From: Candidatus Marinacidobacterales bacterium
GTDB lineage: Bacteria; Acidobacteriota; Vicinamibacteria; Marinacidobacterales; DATDRI01
Assembly: GCA_965219415.1 (NCBI GenBank)
Contig: CBDCNP010000002.1
Coordinates: 4,288,001 to 4,352,000, forward strand
Direction: 5' to 3'
DNA: 64,000 nt
In this document: piece by piece, positions 43,694 through 54,317 of the stretch
How positions within the stretch are numbered: position 1 is the stretch's first letter
Layout of the letters: every line of letters starts with the position of its first letter
Notes under the pieces: model-generated
The model's input: the letters and a program-made list of their open reading frames with translations, nothing else
Database searches by the model: none
Told to the model about the DNA's origin: nothing
Program-made: the position numbers and the translations under genes

Positions 43694-44059
43694 GGTGCTT
43701 CCGCAATTTAGTGTTGGTGGCCAGCCCCTAACCCGTCTGCGTGCTAGAGTTTGAACCAGAATTCCGAAGACACAGTTCTCTCATCGTCAGGGCCGAGCCG
43801 AAGTGAAGAATCGCAGATGCTATTACAACTTCGTCCGACCGCACGGAGCTCTGAAGTTCGGACGTGAGATCCGAACTCCGGCTATGCAGGCTGGTCTGAC
43901 GACGCGACGGCTCACCTTTCGAGACATCTTCTTGGCGACGACGATTCCTTTGTGGTCGCAGATCGAGGTTTGCGTGCTCACTGGGGCGCGTAACTCGCTC
44001 TCTTCCGCACCTGTACCACTGCCCGCAGCCGCGTAGCAACACTTGATGGCGGAAGCACC
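43694..44059 (+). mobile_element. IS1 internal-deletion derivative (366 bp)
   Basis: Both termini; MKNRRC fused in frame to YYNFVRPH. Confidence 0.85.
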
Positions 44060-44279
44060 CACCAAGGCAGCATGGTGCTGGCAGACCGGAGATTAATCAA
44101 GTTTGGTGCGCGGATAAATAAATAGAAGGCACAGGAGAATGAGACACACTCATTCCGGCTGGCTGTCCCTTCCATAGACTAAGAAGCGCTCCACGGCTGG
44201 CGAACCAAGACTAGACACCTCTAATCCGAAACGTTCCGGCGCGCCGGTCTTGAGTTCGTTTGTATTTTTGGACACGACG

Positions 44280-44694
44280 CCCGGGGCCGTCCGGGCTGTT
44301 TCCGCCGCTCGCTGTAGTCCCACTTCTGCGCGATGAGCCTTCGGTGCCAAGCCAGAAGGGTTTCCGGTGTGACGATACCGGCGACTTCTGTCAAGAGTTT
44401 CGGGCCAAGCGCCTTACCCTTTACCGCCAGCCGACGTCGCTCGTCGTCTGTGAGGCGAAGCTTCCTCCCGCAGAGCCGAGCCTTGAGGACTCTGTTCTCC
44501 TCGAGTAAGTAGACGATAGCGACCTGTTGGTCACGCTGGATCCAACCAGCGATGGCGACTAGCAACAGTGTCAAGGGCTGGATCGGCGTCCTCATGACCG
44601 AGGATTCTAGCTCCCATCGGCCAACCAAGCGTATACACGTCTATTCCGAAACGTCCCGGCGAGCCGCTCTTGAGTTCGTTTGTATTATTGGACA
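44280..44694 (-). pseudogene. rve lineage C left end and transposase N-terminus
   Basis: MRTPIQPLTLLLVAIAGWIQRDQQ...PETLLAWHRRLIAQKWDYS. Confidence 0.8.
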
Positions 44695-46061
44695 GGATCC
44701 GTCCCGCTTCCCGTGGAAATAAGAATGGCGTAACCTCCGGTTAAGCAAAACGAAACCGCGCCTGGAAAGGCGAGGAGGAGGATTACGCCATGAAGAAGCC
44801 TACCACCATATTGAAGGAGTCTGTAAGCGAGTACCGGGAGTTCGTCCAACTTCGGCTGCGTAAGCGGGTACTGGAGGCGATCGAGGTTGTGCTCGAGGAA
44901 GAAGTCGACCAAGCGCTGGGGTGTTGTAGCTACGAGCGTGCGGAAGACCGCCGTGGATATCGCAACGGAGCCGAAACCCGTCGCGTGACGACGTCGGTGG
45001 GAACTCGCGAGCTCCGGGTGCCACGAGCCCGCGTGCGAGACGAGGAAACGGGAGAAACGACAGAGTTCAGGAGCGAGCTGTTGCCCCGGTACGCGCGCCG
45101 GACTCGTGAGGTCGACGAGGCGCTCTTGGGGACGTACTTGTCGGGCGCGAATAGCCGCCGGATCCGCAAAGCGCTGAAACCACTGCTCGGTGAGGAGCAC
45201 CTATCGAAGAGCGCGGTGTCTCGCGTGGTTAGCCGGCTGAAGGAGCGCTTCGAGGAATGGCAGAACCGTGCTCTCAGCGAGGAGGTCTACGCGATCGTTT
45301 ACCTGGACGGCTTCCACCTGAAAGTGCGGATGGCGAAACGTGTGATCAGCGTACCCGTACTGGCCGCGCTCGGGGTCGCGCCAGACGGGCACAAACGTCT
45401 GTTGTCATTGCGTCTGGCGGTGAGCGAAGCCTCGACGCATTGGGGCTCCGTGCTGGAGGGACTCCAGGCTCGAGGACTCCGGGCTCCCAAGCTAGTGATC
45501 AGCGACGGCCACAAGGGGCTGACGAAAGCGCTGGAGAAGTGGCCGGGGTGCCGGTTGCAGCGATGTACCGAGCACAAGCGCGCCAACTTGCTCCAACATT
45601 GCCCGGCGCACGCACGCCGTGAGCTCCGGCGTGACCACAACCGGATCGTCTACGCCAAGAACGGGTTCGATGCTCGCAAAGCCTATGACGAGCTCGTCGC
45701 CAAGTGGACGCCTCTCTCGCCGGCCGTCGTCCGAAGCCTAGAGGAGGCCGGTAATCAGCTGCTGACCTTCTATGAATTCCCTCGTGCCATGTGGAAATCG
45801 ATTCGAACGACCAATGCTCTGGAGAATCTCAACCGCGAGTTTCGACGCCGGACGAAAACCCAAGCGTCGTTCTCCAGCGAGGAGTCTGCGGTCGCTTTGC
45901 TGTTTGGGCTTATCGCCTCTGGCCAGATTCAACTACGACGCATCGACGGCTACCAACGTCTGAGCGAGGTTCTCGAACACGCGAAGGTTGTCGCCTGATA
46001 CGATACTCTGATGACGGAGTGGAGGGCGCCGTTCTTTTTCCACGGACCTCGGGACACATCC
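44695..46061 (+). mobile_element. IS256-family element, lineage 1
   Basis: TIRs GGATCCGTCCCG..CCGTGGAAA and GGATGTGTCCCG..CCGTGGAAA; no TSD. Confidence 0.9.
44790..45998 (+). CDS. IS256 transposase
   Basis: GYRNG, VPRAR, YLDG, ISDG, QRCTEH, RTTNALENLNREFRRR. Confidence 0.95.
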   Translation: MKKPTTILKESVSEYREFVQLRLRKRVLEAIEVVLEEEVDQALGCCSYERAEDRRGYRNGAETRRVTTSVGTRELRVPRARVRDEETGETTEFRSELLPRYARRTREVDEALLGTYLSGANSRRIRKALKPLLGEEHLSKSAVSRVVSRLKERFEEWQNRALSEEVYAIVYLDGFHLKVRMAKRVISVPVLAALGVAPDGHKRLLSLRLAVSEASTHWGSVLEGLQARGLRAPKLVISDGHKGLTKALEKWPGCRLQRCTEHKRANLLQHCPAHARRELRRDHNRIVYAKNGFDARKAYDELVAKWTPLSPAVVRSLEEAGNQLLTFYEFPRAMWKSIRTTNALENLNREFRRRTKTQASFSSEESAVALLFGLIASGQIQLRRIDGYQRLSEVLEHAKVVA

Positions 46062-46190
46062 AGCAGAAACGCTCGCGACTCGCATCGAAAAGGCGTCGCG
46101 TTCCCTTCGTGACAACGGCATCGACGGCGAGGTCATCATCGCCGACAACGTCAGTACCGACGGGTCGGTGGAGATCTCTGCCGCCATCTC
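46062..46190 (+). pseudogene. GT2 glycosyltransferase N-terminal fragment
   Basis: AETLATRIEKA...GEVIIADNVSTDGSVEIS. Confidence 0.6.
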
Positions 46191-46243
46191 AGCAACGCTT
46201 GTTGGTGGCTTCAACTTCCAGGCGAGCAGGATAGAAGTCCCTC

Positions 46244-48229
46244 GTGATAGCCTTCCGTGGCGCGCATCGTGGCTGTCGTACTGGCGTTCGAGGCATCGTG
46301 AGCAAGACTTCTTTTCTCGTGACTGCGTTGCTTCTTCTACTCTTTGCGCCCATCTACTTTGCCGTCTACCAGGCACAGAAAACGCGACGCTTCAACATCG
46401 GGTCGTGGGACAAGCGTTATCTCGAAAATCCTGAAACCTTTTCCCCTCGATTGGAGATGACTGGCCCGTTCCGACACGAGGACGGCTCCGTCGACGTCAT
46501 CGGTTCCGACGGAAGGCTTTCCGGGAGGACGGCTACGCTCCAACTTCCCTTCCACGCACTGCGTTCACCTTTGAGAATCTGGGTTAGAAGCCACCGTTTT
46601 GGGCTCGCCGGAACCGTACGAATGAGCGTCAACGATGTTCTTATTGATGACTTCGTTTTCACCGAGAACTCTTATCCGTGGGCAGGCATCCGGACGGTCA
46701 TCCCACAAGAAGTGGCGGAGCGCAGCGCCCTCCACATCGATCTTGTCGTTTCGGGAGGTAGGTCTCCACCGAGTCATTTGCGCTCGGACATGGGTCTGGG
46801 CATGGATTGGGTCGAGGTCGATCCTATGTCCGGCGGGGCGATGTTGTTGCCGACTGCCTACGAGTGGATGGTGCCTTATGTCTTCCTCGTTCTGGGAGCG
46901 ATCTCCTTTCGCCTCTTCGGCTTCTCTACCAGGGTGTTTTTTCTCGTCCTCGGAGCTTTGATTCTCGCTATTGCAGCACTTACCGCACTGCGGCCAGTAG
47001 AAAGCTCCACCGTCTTGTTCTGGCTGTGGTCGATCTTTCCTGCGGGTATCGTGTTGCAGCGGAGCATTCTCTTCGCGTACTCGCGAAGCAGGCGCGTGCT
47101 CTTTCCTGTCCTCGCCACCACCGTGAGCACGCTCGTGTCCCTGACGGCAACGGAGGTGTTTCTGAGAAGCTATGAGGCCTGGCAGCACGAGCAGCAACAG
47201 TTGCCACCAGAGAAACTATCGCTTTTCGAGCCCAACCCCGAAGGGACCGGCTCCTATCGACTCAAACCGAACCTCGATCTTGTGACTAGCGTTGCTGGCT
47301 CCGAGGTGAAGATTCACACTAACAGCCACGGGATGCCTTGGCGAGAAGTATCGGTCGAGCCATCAGGGAAAAGGCGCATTGCCTTTTTTGGAGACTCCTT
47401 TACGTTTGGAAGTTGGGCGGACTCCGTCGAGAGGAGTTTCGTCGGCGTATTCGAGGAAAGCCTTTCCTCGGAGTGGGAGGTGCTTAACTTCGGAGTAGGT
47501 GGATACGGCTTCGCCGATGTTGAGCTGCTCCTCGCCGAGAAAGGTATCGATTTCGAGCCGAGCTTCGTGGTCGTCGTCATGTACAACGGTAATGACTTCC
47601 GAGACACTTACCTCGGTCTCTGGAAGGAGCTCCTCGTTGACGGTACCGCTGTCCTCAATGAGCAGAACCTGAAGGAGAGAGTCCCGGAGCGGTTCGTAAA
47701 CGCTCCTCACACGATGGCGCACCCGAGTCCTGAGACATCCATCTTGAAGGAGTGGCTTCGCCGTCTCGCGGTGTTCCGGTTCGTCGCGCCCTTTTTGAGG
47801 ATGGAGAACCTGACGGTAGATTTCGTGGCGAGCAGCCGATTCGTCTCCTACTCTTTCTGGTCTCAGTTTCCCTACTCGGAGGTTGCGGTCAGGGCCAAGG
47901 ATGTTTCTCTCGAAACGCTGACGAGAATCGACGATCTGGCCCGTACGAACGGTGCTAGGCTGATCGTCGTAGCCCTTCCGACGCGTGACCAGGTCTATAG
48001 TGGGCGTATGTCTGGGGACCACTACGATATCGATTTGCCGCAGGCATATGTTCGTCTTTTTGCCCGAGAGGCGAACATTCCGTTCCTTGACCTGCTCCCA
48101 CCGCTGAGGGCCTATGTAGCCGAAACGAACAAGAATCTCTTTGTGCGCGGCGATACTCATTTGAATAACAAGGGACACCTCCTTGTCGGACGATACCTTG
48201 CCGACTGGTTCGACTGCTGCGTGAACTGA
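46244..48229 (+). CDS. Membrane-anchored SGNH/GDSL hydrolase-domain protein
   Basis: GDSFTFG, NFGVGGYG, GNDF, DTHLN; central TM segments. Start codon uncertain. Confidence 0.8.
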   Translation: MIAFRGAHRGCRTGVRGIVSKTSFLVTALLLLLFAPIYFAVYQAQKTRRFNIGSWDKRYLENPETFSPRLEMTGPFRHEDGSVDVIGSDGRLSGRTATLQLPFHALRSPLRIWVRSHRFGLAGTVRMSVNDVLIDDFVFTENSYPWAGIRTVIPQEVAERSALHIDLVVSGGRSPPSHLRSDMGLGMDWVEVDPMSGGAMLLPTAYEWMVPYVFLVLGAISFRLFGFSTRVFFLVLGALILAIAALTALRPVESSTVLFWLWSIFPAGIVLQRSILFAYSRSRRVLFPVLATTVSTLVSLTATEVFLRSYEAWQHEQQQLPPEKLSLFEPNPEGTGSYRLKPNLDLVTSVAGSEVKIHTNSHGMPWREVSVEPSGKRRIAFFGDSFTFGSWADSVERSFVGVFEESLSSEWEVLNFGVGGYGFADVELLLAEKGIDFEPSFVVVVMYNGNDFRDTYLGLWKELLVDGTAVLNEQNLKERVPERFVNAPHTMAHPSPETSILKEWLRRLAVFRFVAPFLRMENLTVDFVASSRFVSYSFWSQFPYSEVAVRAKDVSLETLTRIDDLARTNGARLIVVALPTRDQVYSGRMSGDHYDIDLPQAYVRLFAREANIPFLDLLPPLRAYVAETNKNLFVRGDTHLNNKGHLLVGRYLADWFDCCVN

Positions 48230-48334
48230 GAACGGTGGCGGTGACCTTAGAAGGGGCGCTGTTGCACGATTCAACCCCGGCGCAAGTGGGGCCGCTTTCC
48301 CAACCCCTCGTTCACGACACCACAGCGTCAACCC

Positions 48335-48990
48335 CGTCCTGTGCCAAAACTCGGCCCTTTAGAAATAGACCACAAATCAGCAGCTTAGACGCCCTTGGAA
48401 TCCGCGCAGAATCCAGGGTATTTCGCGCCGCAGGGCTGACTTCCGACCCATGGGGCTGGCGGATGAATAAATAGAAGGCACACCACAAATCAGCAGCTTA
48501 GACGCCCTTGGAATCCGCGCAGAATCCAGGGTATTTCGCGCCGCAGGGCTGACTTCCGACCCATGGGCTGGCAGATGAATAAATAGAAGGCACAGCCTCT
48601 GCACTGGGTGCTTCCGCCATTAAGTGTTGGTGAGATGACGCTAAGACCCTACGGTGCATTAAATTACAGCCAAAATAGCGTTCGTGACCTTCGCTGCATG
48701 CTAAATGGAGCGTAAGCGCCTTTTTTGCAAAGGGATGCGTGCACATCACCAACAGTAAACGGCGCAAGCACCTCGCGCACCAGTCGATTAATGAGCGAGT
48801 TCTCATCGTTACTGTCTAGGGCCGCCAACGCTGCGGCCAGCTGCTTGGCTCGATCTTCATCGGCACCCCGCCCTGTGCCAAAACTCGGCCCTTTTGAAAT
48901 AGACCACAAATCAGCAGCTTAGATGCCCTTGGAATCCGCACAGAATCCAGGGCATTTCGCGCCGCAGAGCTGGCGTCCGACCCCTGGGCT
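48335..48990. mobile_element. MITE cluster: tandem 147-bp MITEs, 166-bp IS1 MITE (48607-48772), partial 147-bp MITE
   Basis: Direct matches to the other copies. Confidence 0.85.
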
Positions 48991-49213
48991 ACGGGTGGCG
49001 GCGACAGGCCCACCGGACGATTGGGAGGAGCAGCGTGCCCTCCGTCGCAACGCTGTGAGGCAGATCACGCTGTAAGCCAACCCGCTACTGCTGCCACGCT
49101 CACTCTTGGTCTCCATCAGTCGGCGATCGGCATCGCCCCTTACTAATGATGATATCGGCGGCGTGCGGGTCTTGAGTTCGTTTGTGTTTTTGGACACGAC
49201 GAGGTCGACTGGC

Positions 49214-50413
49214 GGTGCTTCCGCCATCAAGTGTTGCTGCGCGGCTGCGGGCAGTGGTACAGGTGCGGAAGAGACCGGGTTGCGCGCCCCAGTGAGCAGG
49301 AAAACCTCGATCCGCGACCACAAAGGAATCGTCGTCGCCAAGAAGATGTCTCGAAAGGTGAGCCGTCGCGTCGTCAGACCAGCCTGCATAGCCGGAGTTC
49401 GGATCTCACGTCCGAACTTCAGAGCTCCGTGCGGTCGGACGAAGTTGTAATAGCAACGGAGCAACTCCAGGTGCTCATCGAGCCTCTCCGTCGAGCGAGC
49501 GTGGGAAAGCGTTCGTCTCGAAAGGTATGCCGAGCTTTGCCGGATGGTCAGATTCAACCGCTAGATGAACGACGTGTTCAATGTCGAAGAGTCCTCGGAG
49601 TTATTGAGCGCGTCTTCGAATCGCCACGCGGCTCCGTGCAGCGCTCTCCGTTCGACCTTGATGATGCGATCGTTCCTGCGCGTTTTTAGGACCTGGCCGT
49701 AGAGACACGCTGGCCCGAAGAAGCGACGGATGACCTTCTGGTAGAATTCGAATCCATCCGTGACGATCAAGGGAAGACGCTCGAAATTCATCCGTCTCGA
49801 AAGGTCGCGAAACAGAGCGTGAGTGTTCCGGTAGCTTCGCCTTCCCGTCACCGTCGATGGCCAGAGCCGAGACCAGACTTCGATCGTAACGAAGACCCAA
49901 CTCGGTGTCTTCTTGTTGCCCGCGAACGTGCGAATCTCGTCGGCTTGAAGCTCTTCGGCAGCGAAGCCAGCGATCCTTCTGTGATTGAATCGACGACACA
50001 CTTGGGCTGCCTTCTCGAGCCAGCGGGCGACGGTGTTCCAGGCAATCCCTTTGATCCGGGAAATCGAGGAAATGCTGACACCCTCGACTCTGAGAGCGAT
50101 GACCACATCGAAAGTAGCTCTTCGATGTTGGAGACGGTAGTAGGGCGTGCCTTTCGTCGAGGAGAACGTCTTTCCGCACTCGCCGCACCGGTATCGACGG
50201 CGTTTCCCGGACCTTGTTCGGTAGAATCCGTGGCGAACGATGTTTCCGGAACTGACTTTGCCCCGCAACGGACATGCGAGATTGAGACATCTGCGATTCT
50301 TCACTTTGGCTCGGCCCTGACGATGAGAGAACTGTGTCTTCGGAATTCTGGTTCAAACTCTAGCACGCAGACCGGTTAGGGGCTGGCCGCCAACACTTAA
50401 TTGCGGAAGCACC
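49214..50413 (-). mobile_element. IS1-family element, full length, transposase with nonsense codon at 49561-49563
   Basis: TIR GGTGCTTCCGC-A-T-AAGTGTTG; zinc ribbon, HTH, ADE, TDG, NTSFI*RLNLTIRQ. Confidence 0.88.
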
Positions 50414-50612
50414 GGCGGGGGTTTTGATTTCTTGCCCGAGCTCTTGGTGCTCCTCGACACTCAGGGTTTTCGAATCAAAGAACTGCCATTCCGTTACCGA
50501 GCAAGAATGGAGGGGGCGTTCGCATGCCAAACTGCTGTGCTTTGGCTGGGCTTACCTGAGGACCTTACTCCGAATGCGGCGGCTGAGGACGTCGGTTCAA
50601 TCCGCCGACTAA
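50414..50612 (+). pseudogene. GT2 C-terminal fragment
   Basis: GFDFLPELL...IKELPFRYRAR.EG.SHAKL, with a frameshift. Confidence 0.6.
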
Positions 50613-50634
50613 GCGACGGCCGCGGCTTTAGTAG

Positions 50635-50666
50635 GGTGCTGTCAAGTTTTTCACGGCCTGACGGCC
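50635..50666 (+). mobile_element. IS110 left-end remnant in the same TIR target (copy 4)
   Basis: GGTGCTGTCA|AGTTTTTCACGGCCTGACGGCC, cut by lineage D at 50667. Confidence 0.8.
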
Positions 50667-51060
50667 TGTGCATCGTCAAAACTGCTCCGCCCACGAAATC
50701 AAGGACTTACGCTCCGCTTGAATTCCGGGCCGAAGACGGCGAAACTCCGCCGCTATGCTCGACGTTGTTGTCTTCCTCGTCTCACTTGGCGTCCGTGTCA
50801 TTCGGGCGATGTGTCGGCGCCGCGCCGACCTGATGTTGGAGAACGTCGCTTTGCGGCAGCAAGTGACGGCGCTGAAGAAAGAGCGCCCACGCCCACCGCT
50901 CGAAGACACGGAACGGGCTTTCTGGGTTGCCCTTCGAGGTTCGTGGCCCGTGTAGGCGAGCTGCCTGCTCATCGTCCACGCGGACACCGTAGCCCGTTGG
51001 CATCGCGACCGATTCCGACGGTACTGGGCAAAGATCTCGCAGCGCCGCCATCCCGGTCGC
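50667..51060 (+). mobile_element. Lineage D left part with nonsense codon
   Basis: Left terminus; TGG changed to TAG at 50953-50955. Confidence 0.85.
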
Positions 51061-51437
51061 GTCTGGTCAAAATACTCGAACGCTCAATGGGTCAGCAGTT
51101 TGCACCTTACGGCTTGGCGGGTTGCTAAGTTTCTACCATCGGGAAGCCGCATGAGTATTTTGACCTCACGGGTTACGCCATTCTTATTTCCACGGGAAGC
51201 GGGACGGATCCAGTAACTGCCACGTGTTGAAGCAATTCCTTGTACCTCCGTAGCGTCCTATATCTGCGCTCTGCGTGAGACTTTGCTGTACTTGGGAGTG
51301 GAACCCCCGCAGCAGTCGACGCGCCGAAGCGGCGAGACCTACGAGAGCTTGTTGCGCGGACTGGCATCGGTGTCCGGCATCCCGACGCCAACCAGGGCGG
51401 AACTTGCCCGCTGTATCCTCAGTCGGCCTAAGCCAAT

Positions 51438-52157
51438 TCACGATCCGCTCGCTAGGTCTTTATCGCGCTTCGGCCGATCTGGCACGGAGGCCTTGAGTTT
51501 CTTAATTCCGTCGCCCAGGACAAATGAGCGATGAAGAAACGATTCCACAGCATCGACCATCGTGCTCAACGCATCGGCTTTCGGTCGCCATCCTCGGTGA
51601 GCAGCAGCGCTACCCGCGTCCACAAGAACCTGCAAAATCTTTTTCTCGTCGACACTTATTTTGCCGCCAGCAAGCAGGCTATCCAGCTTCTCTTTGAATC
51701 CGATTAGGGGATCGACTCGAAGCAATTCTGATGCACGATCAAAGACAGTCCGCACGGCGATAGCTGTAAGAACACGAAGATCGTTGTCCAGCGCTGCATA
51801 CATTTCTTTCAAGATATTGGCGATATCTCGGTCGGCCTCTTCAAACTTCCCGAGCCAATGTGGACGTTGGCGGCTGACTGGCGTGGGCCAATACACTGTC
51901 ACGACGCCACCCTCCAGTCTCGGCTCGCCGGTTATCGGATGAGTGCCAATCGTTTCCCATTCAGAAAACCAGATGTCTCTTCGAAAGTAGATTTGCTCAC
52001 AACCGCAGCACTGAAGAATCATCCCGGTATCTCTCGTGTGGGTTCCGTCATCTTCGTCGGTTGAGTGGACGACGTGCTCACACCGGACGTAAGCATTGCG
52101 GTCGCTACGGCAATTCGGACAATGGCCTTTGATGATCTTCGGCTCGGGCGGTGTCAT
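51438..52157 (-). CDS. DUF4145 (HEPN-like) domain protein with N-terminal zinc ribbon
   Basis: CPNC...CCGC; RTVFD; GSAAAHRG. Confidence 0.75.
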   Translation of the reverse strand: MTPPEPKIIKGHCPNCRSDRNAYVRCEHVVHSTDEDDGTHTRDTGMILQCCGCEQIYFRRDIWFSEWETIGTHPITGEPRLEGGVVTVYWPTPVSRQRPHWLGKFEEADRDIANILKEMYAALDNDLRVLTAIAVRTVFDRASELLRVDPLIGFKEKLDSLLAGGKISVDEKKILQVLVDAGSAAAHRGWRPKADALSTMVDAVESFLHRSFVLGDGIKKLKASVPDRPKRDKDLASGS

Positions 52158-52389
52158 TCGGACATTATCCCAAATCGGGTTAACCCTAAGACCGATCCAT
52201 CAAGAGAATCATCCTCAAGATCGATCCCGCACTCAGGATCGGCTTCACATGTCCCGCCCAAGGCAATGCCCTCCAGGCACCGTCAGCGTTAGCGCCGTCA
52301 ACGCAGGCACAGGCACCTGAGAATTGCCCTCGGGAGGTTCTCCCAGTAGAGCGAATGGACGTTCGACCAAAAGGTCCAGCGTTGGATGG

Positions 52390-52527
52390 CGTCCTGTCCA
52401 AAAACACAAACGCGTTGCCAAGCCCTTGATGGTTGCGCGCTCCATAGTCTCCATAACAATGATAGATGAACTCGGGGACGGCCCGGCGCACGGGTCTTAG
52501 AGTTCGTTTGTATTTTTGGACACAACG
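52390..52527. mobile_element. 138-bp miniature of lineage C
   Basis: Two C-type termini; same internal junction as 6503-6739. Confidence 0.7.
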
Positions 52528-52822
52528 AGCAAGGTATCCACCGATCCCGTCCTGTGCCAAAATTCGGCCCAGCCGACATCGACGAAAGAACTGCGCCTCT
52601 AGAAATTAGGCTCAAACTCTAGCACGCGAACGGGTTACACGGCAGGCGCCAACATTTGACTGCGGAAGCACCACTGTGACGGCTCCATTCGGTCATTGAT
52701 CTCCCGGCCAGTCGGCGCTGCGTTGATCACCGGCCGAACGATACCACTATCATACTTGCAGTCGTAAGCGATTGGGCGGCTTGCTCCTTTATTTACCACC
52801 GCGCCGCTATTACAGGAGTTCG

Positions 52823-52988
52823 GGTGCTTTCGCCATTAAGTGTTGGTGAGATGTCGCTAAGACGTCACGGTGCGTTAAGTTACAGCCAAAATAGCGCTCA
52901 TGACCTCCGCTGCGCGCTCAATAGAGCGTAAGCGACTCTTTTGCAACGGGATACGTACACATCACCAACAGTAAACAGCGCAAGCACC
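52823..52988. mobile_element. 166-bp IS1-type MITE
   Basis: Full copy. Confidence 0.85.
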
Positions 52989-53157
52989 GGTTAGGGGCTG
53001 GCCGCCAACACTTAATTGCGGAAGCACCGAACTACACCTTGTTCCCGTCGAAAATGTGAAGTTATTTTTGCGCGGGTACTAAGCTGCGATGAGGTAGCGG
53101 TACCAGCGCAGAAGCGTAGCGGGCGTGGCAACGGACGCAACCTGGGCCAGCGCCTCG

Positions 53158-53863
53158 GGATGTGTCCCGAGGTCCGTGGAAAAAGAACGGCGCCCTCCAC
53201 TCCGTCATCAGAGTATCATATCAGGCGGCAGCCTCCGCGTGTTCGAGAACCTCGCTCAGACGTTGGTAGCCGTCAATACGTCGTAGTTGAATCTGGCCAG
53301 AGGCGATAAGCCCAAACAGCAAAGCGACCGCAGACTCTTCGCTGGAGAACGACGCTTGGGTTTTCGTCCGGCGTCGAAACTCGCGGTTGAGATTCTCCAG
53401 AGCTTTGGTCGTTCGAAACGATTTCCACATGGCACGAGGGAATTCGTAGAAGGTCAGCAGCTGATTACCGGCCTCCTCTAGGCTTCGGACGGCGGCCGGC
53501 GCGAGAGGCGTCCACTTGGCGACGAGCTCGTCATAGGCTTTGCGAGCATCGATCCCGTTCTTGGCGTAGACGATCCGGTTGTAGTCACGCCGGAGCTCAC
53601 GGCGTGCGTGCGCCGGGCGATGTTGGAGCAAGTTGGCGCGCTTGTGCTCGGTACATCGCTGCAACCGGCACCCCGGCCACTTCTCCAGGGCTTTCGTCAG
53701 CCCCTTGTGGCCGTCGCTGATCACTAGCTTGGGAGCCCGGAGTCCTTGAGCACGGAGTCCCTCCAGCACGGAGCCCCAATGCGTCGAGGCTTCGCTCACC
53801 GCCAGACGCAATGACAACAGACGTTTCTGCCCGTCTGGCGCGACCCCGAGCGCGGCCAGTACG
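53158..53863 (-). mobile_element. IS256 lineage 1, 3' half
   Basis: Near-identical to about 45356-46061. Confidence 0.9.
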
Positions 53864-54317
53864 CCGATGTCCTCAATGATATAATGTTGATATGAGCCTG
53901 TCGAACTACGAAGTCGCTGCGATTCTACGTCTTAGGGACGACCTCGCGCGCGCCATGGGTGCAAATCAAGGTCAGATCACTGCGGCCCTGAAGGCTGCGG
54001 ACCAGATGCGTGACATCGTCAACTCGCCGGCACTCCGCCAGATGCAGGAAATGTACGGGCGAGACCTGCTGTACCTTCGCGAACTACGCGATGCCAGCGA
54101 GCAGATTAAGTCGCAGTTCGGGATGGCACAGGTGAAGGCTGTTGCCGACGCGTTCGTCGGCCTGAAGGTGTTCGATTCGGAGCAGACGTTTCTACCATCG
54201 GGAAGCCGCATGAGTATTTTGACCTCACGATCACCAACTCAACAGCGGAGCCGTAGCGGGCATGTCTACCAAACGATGACCTCCATCACGACGATTCAAC
54301 GACAGCCGCAGGGCTTA

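Noticed and set aside
53892-54186. Plausible gene start MSLSNYEVAAILRL (and fragments near 16660-16910, 23776-23988, 32875-33231)
   Set aside because: Truncated by IS ends and no family recognisable; left unannotated.
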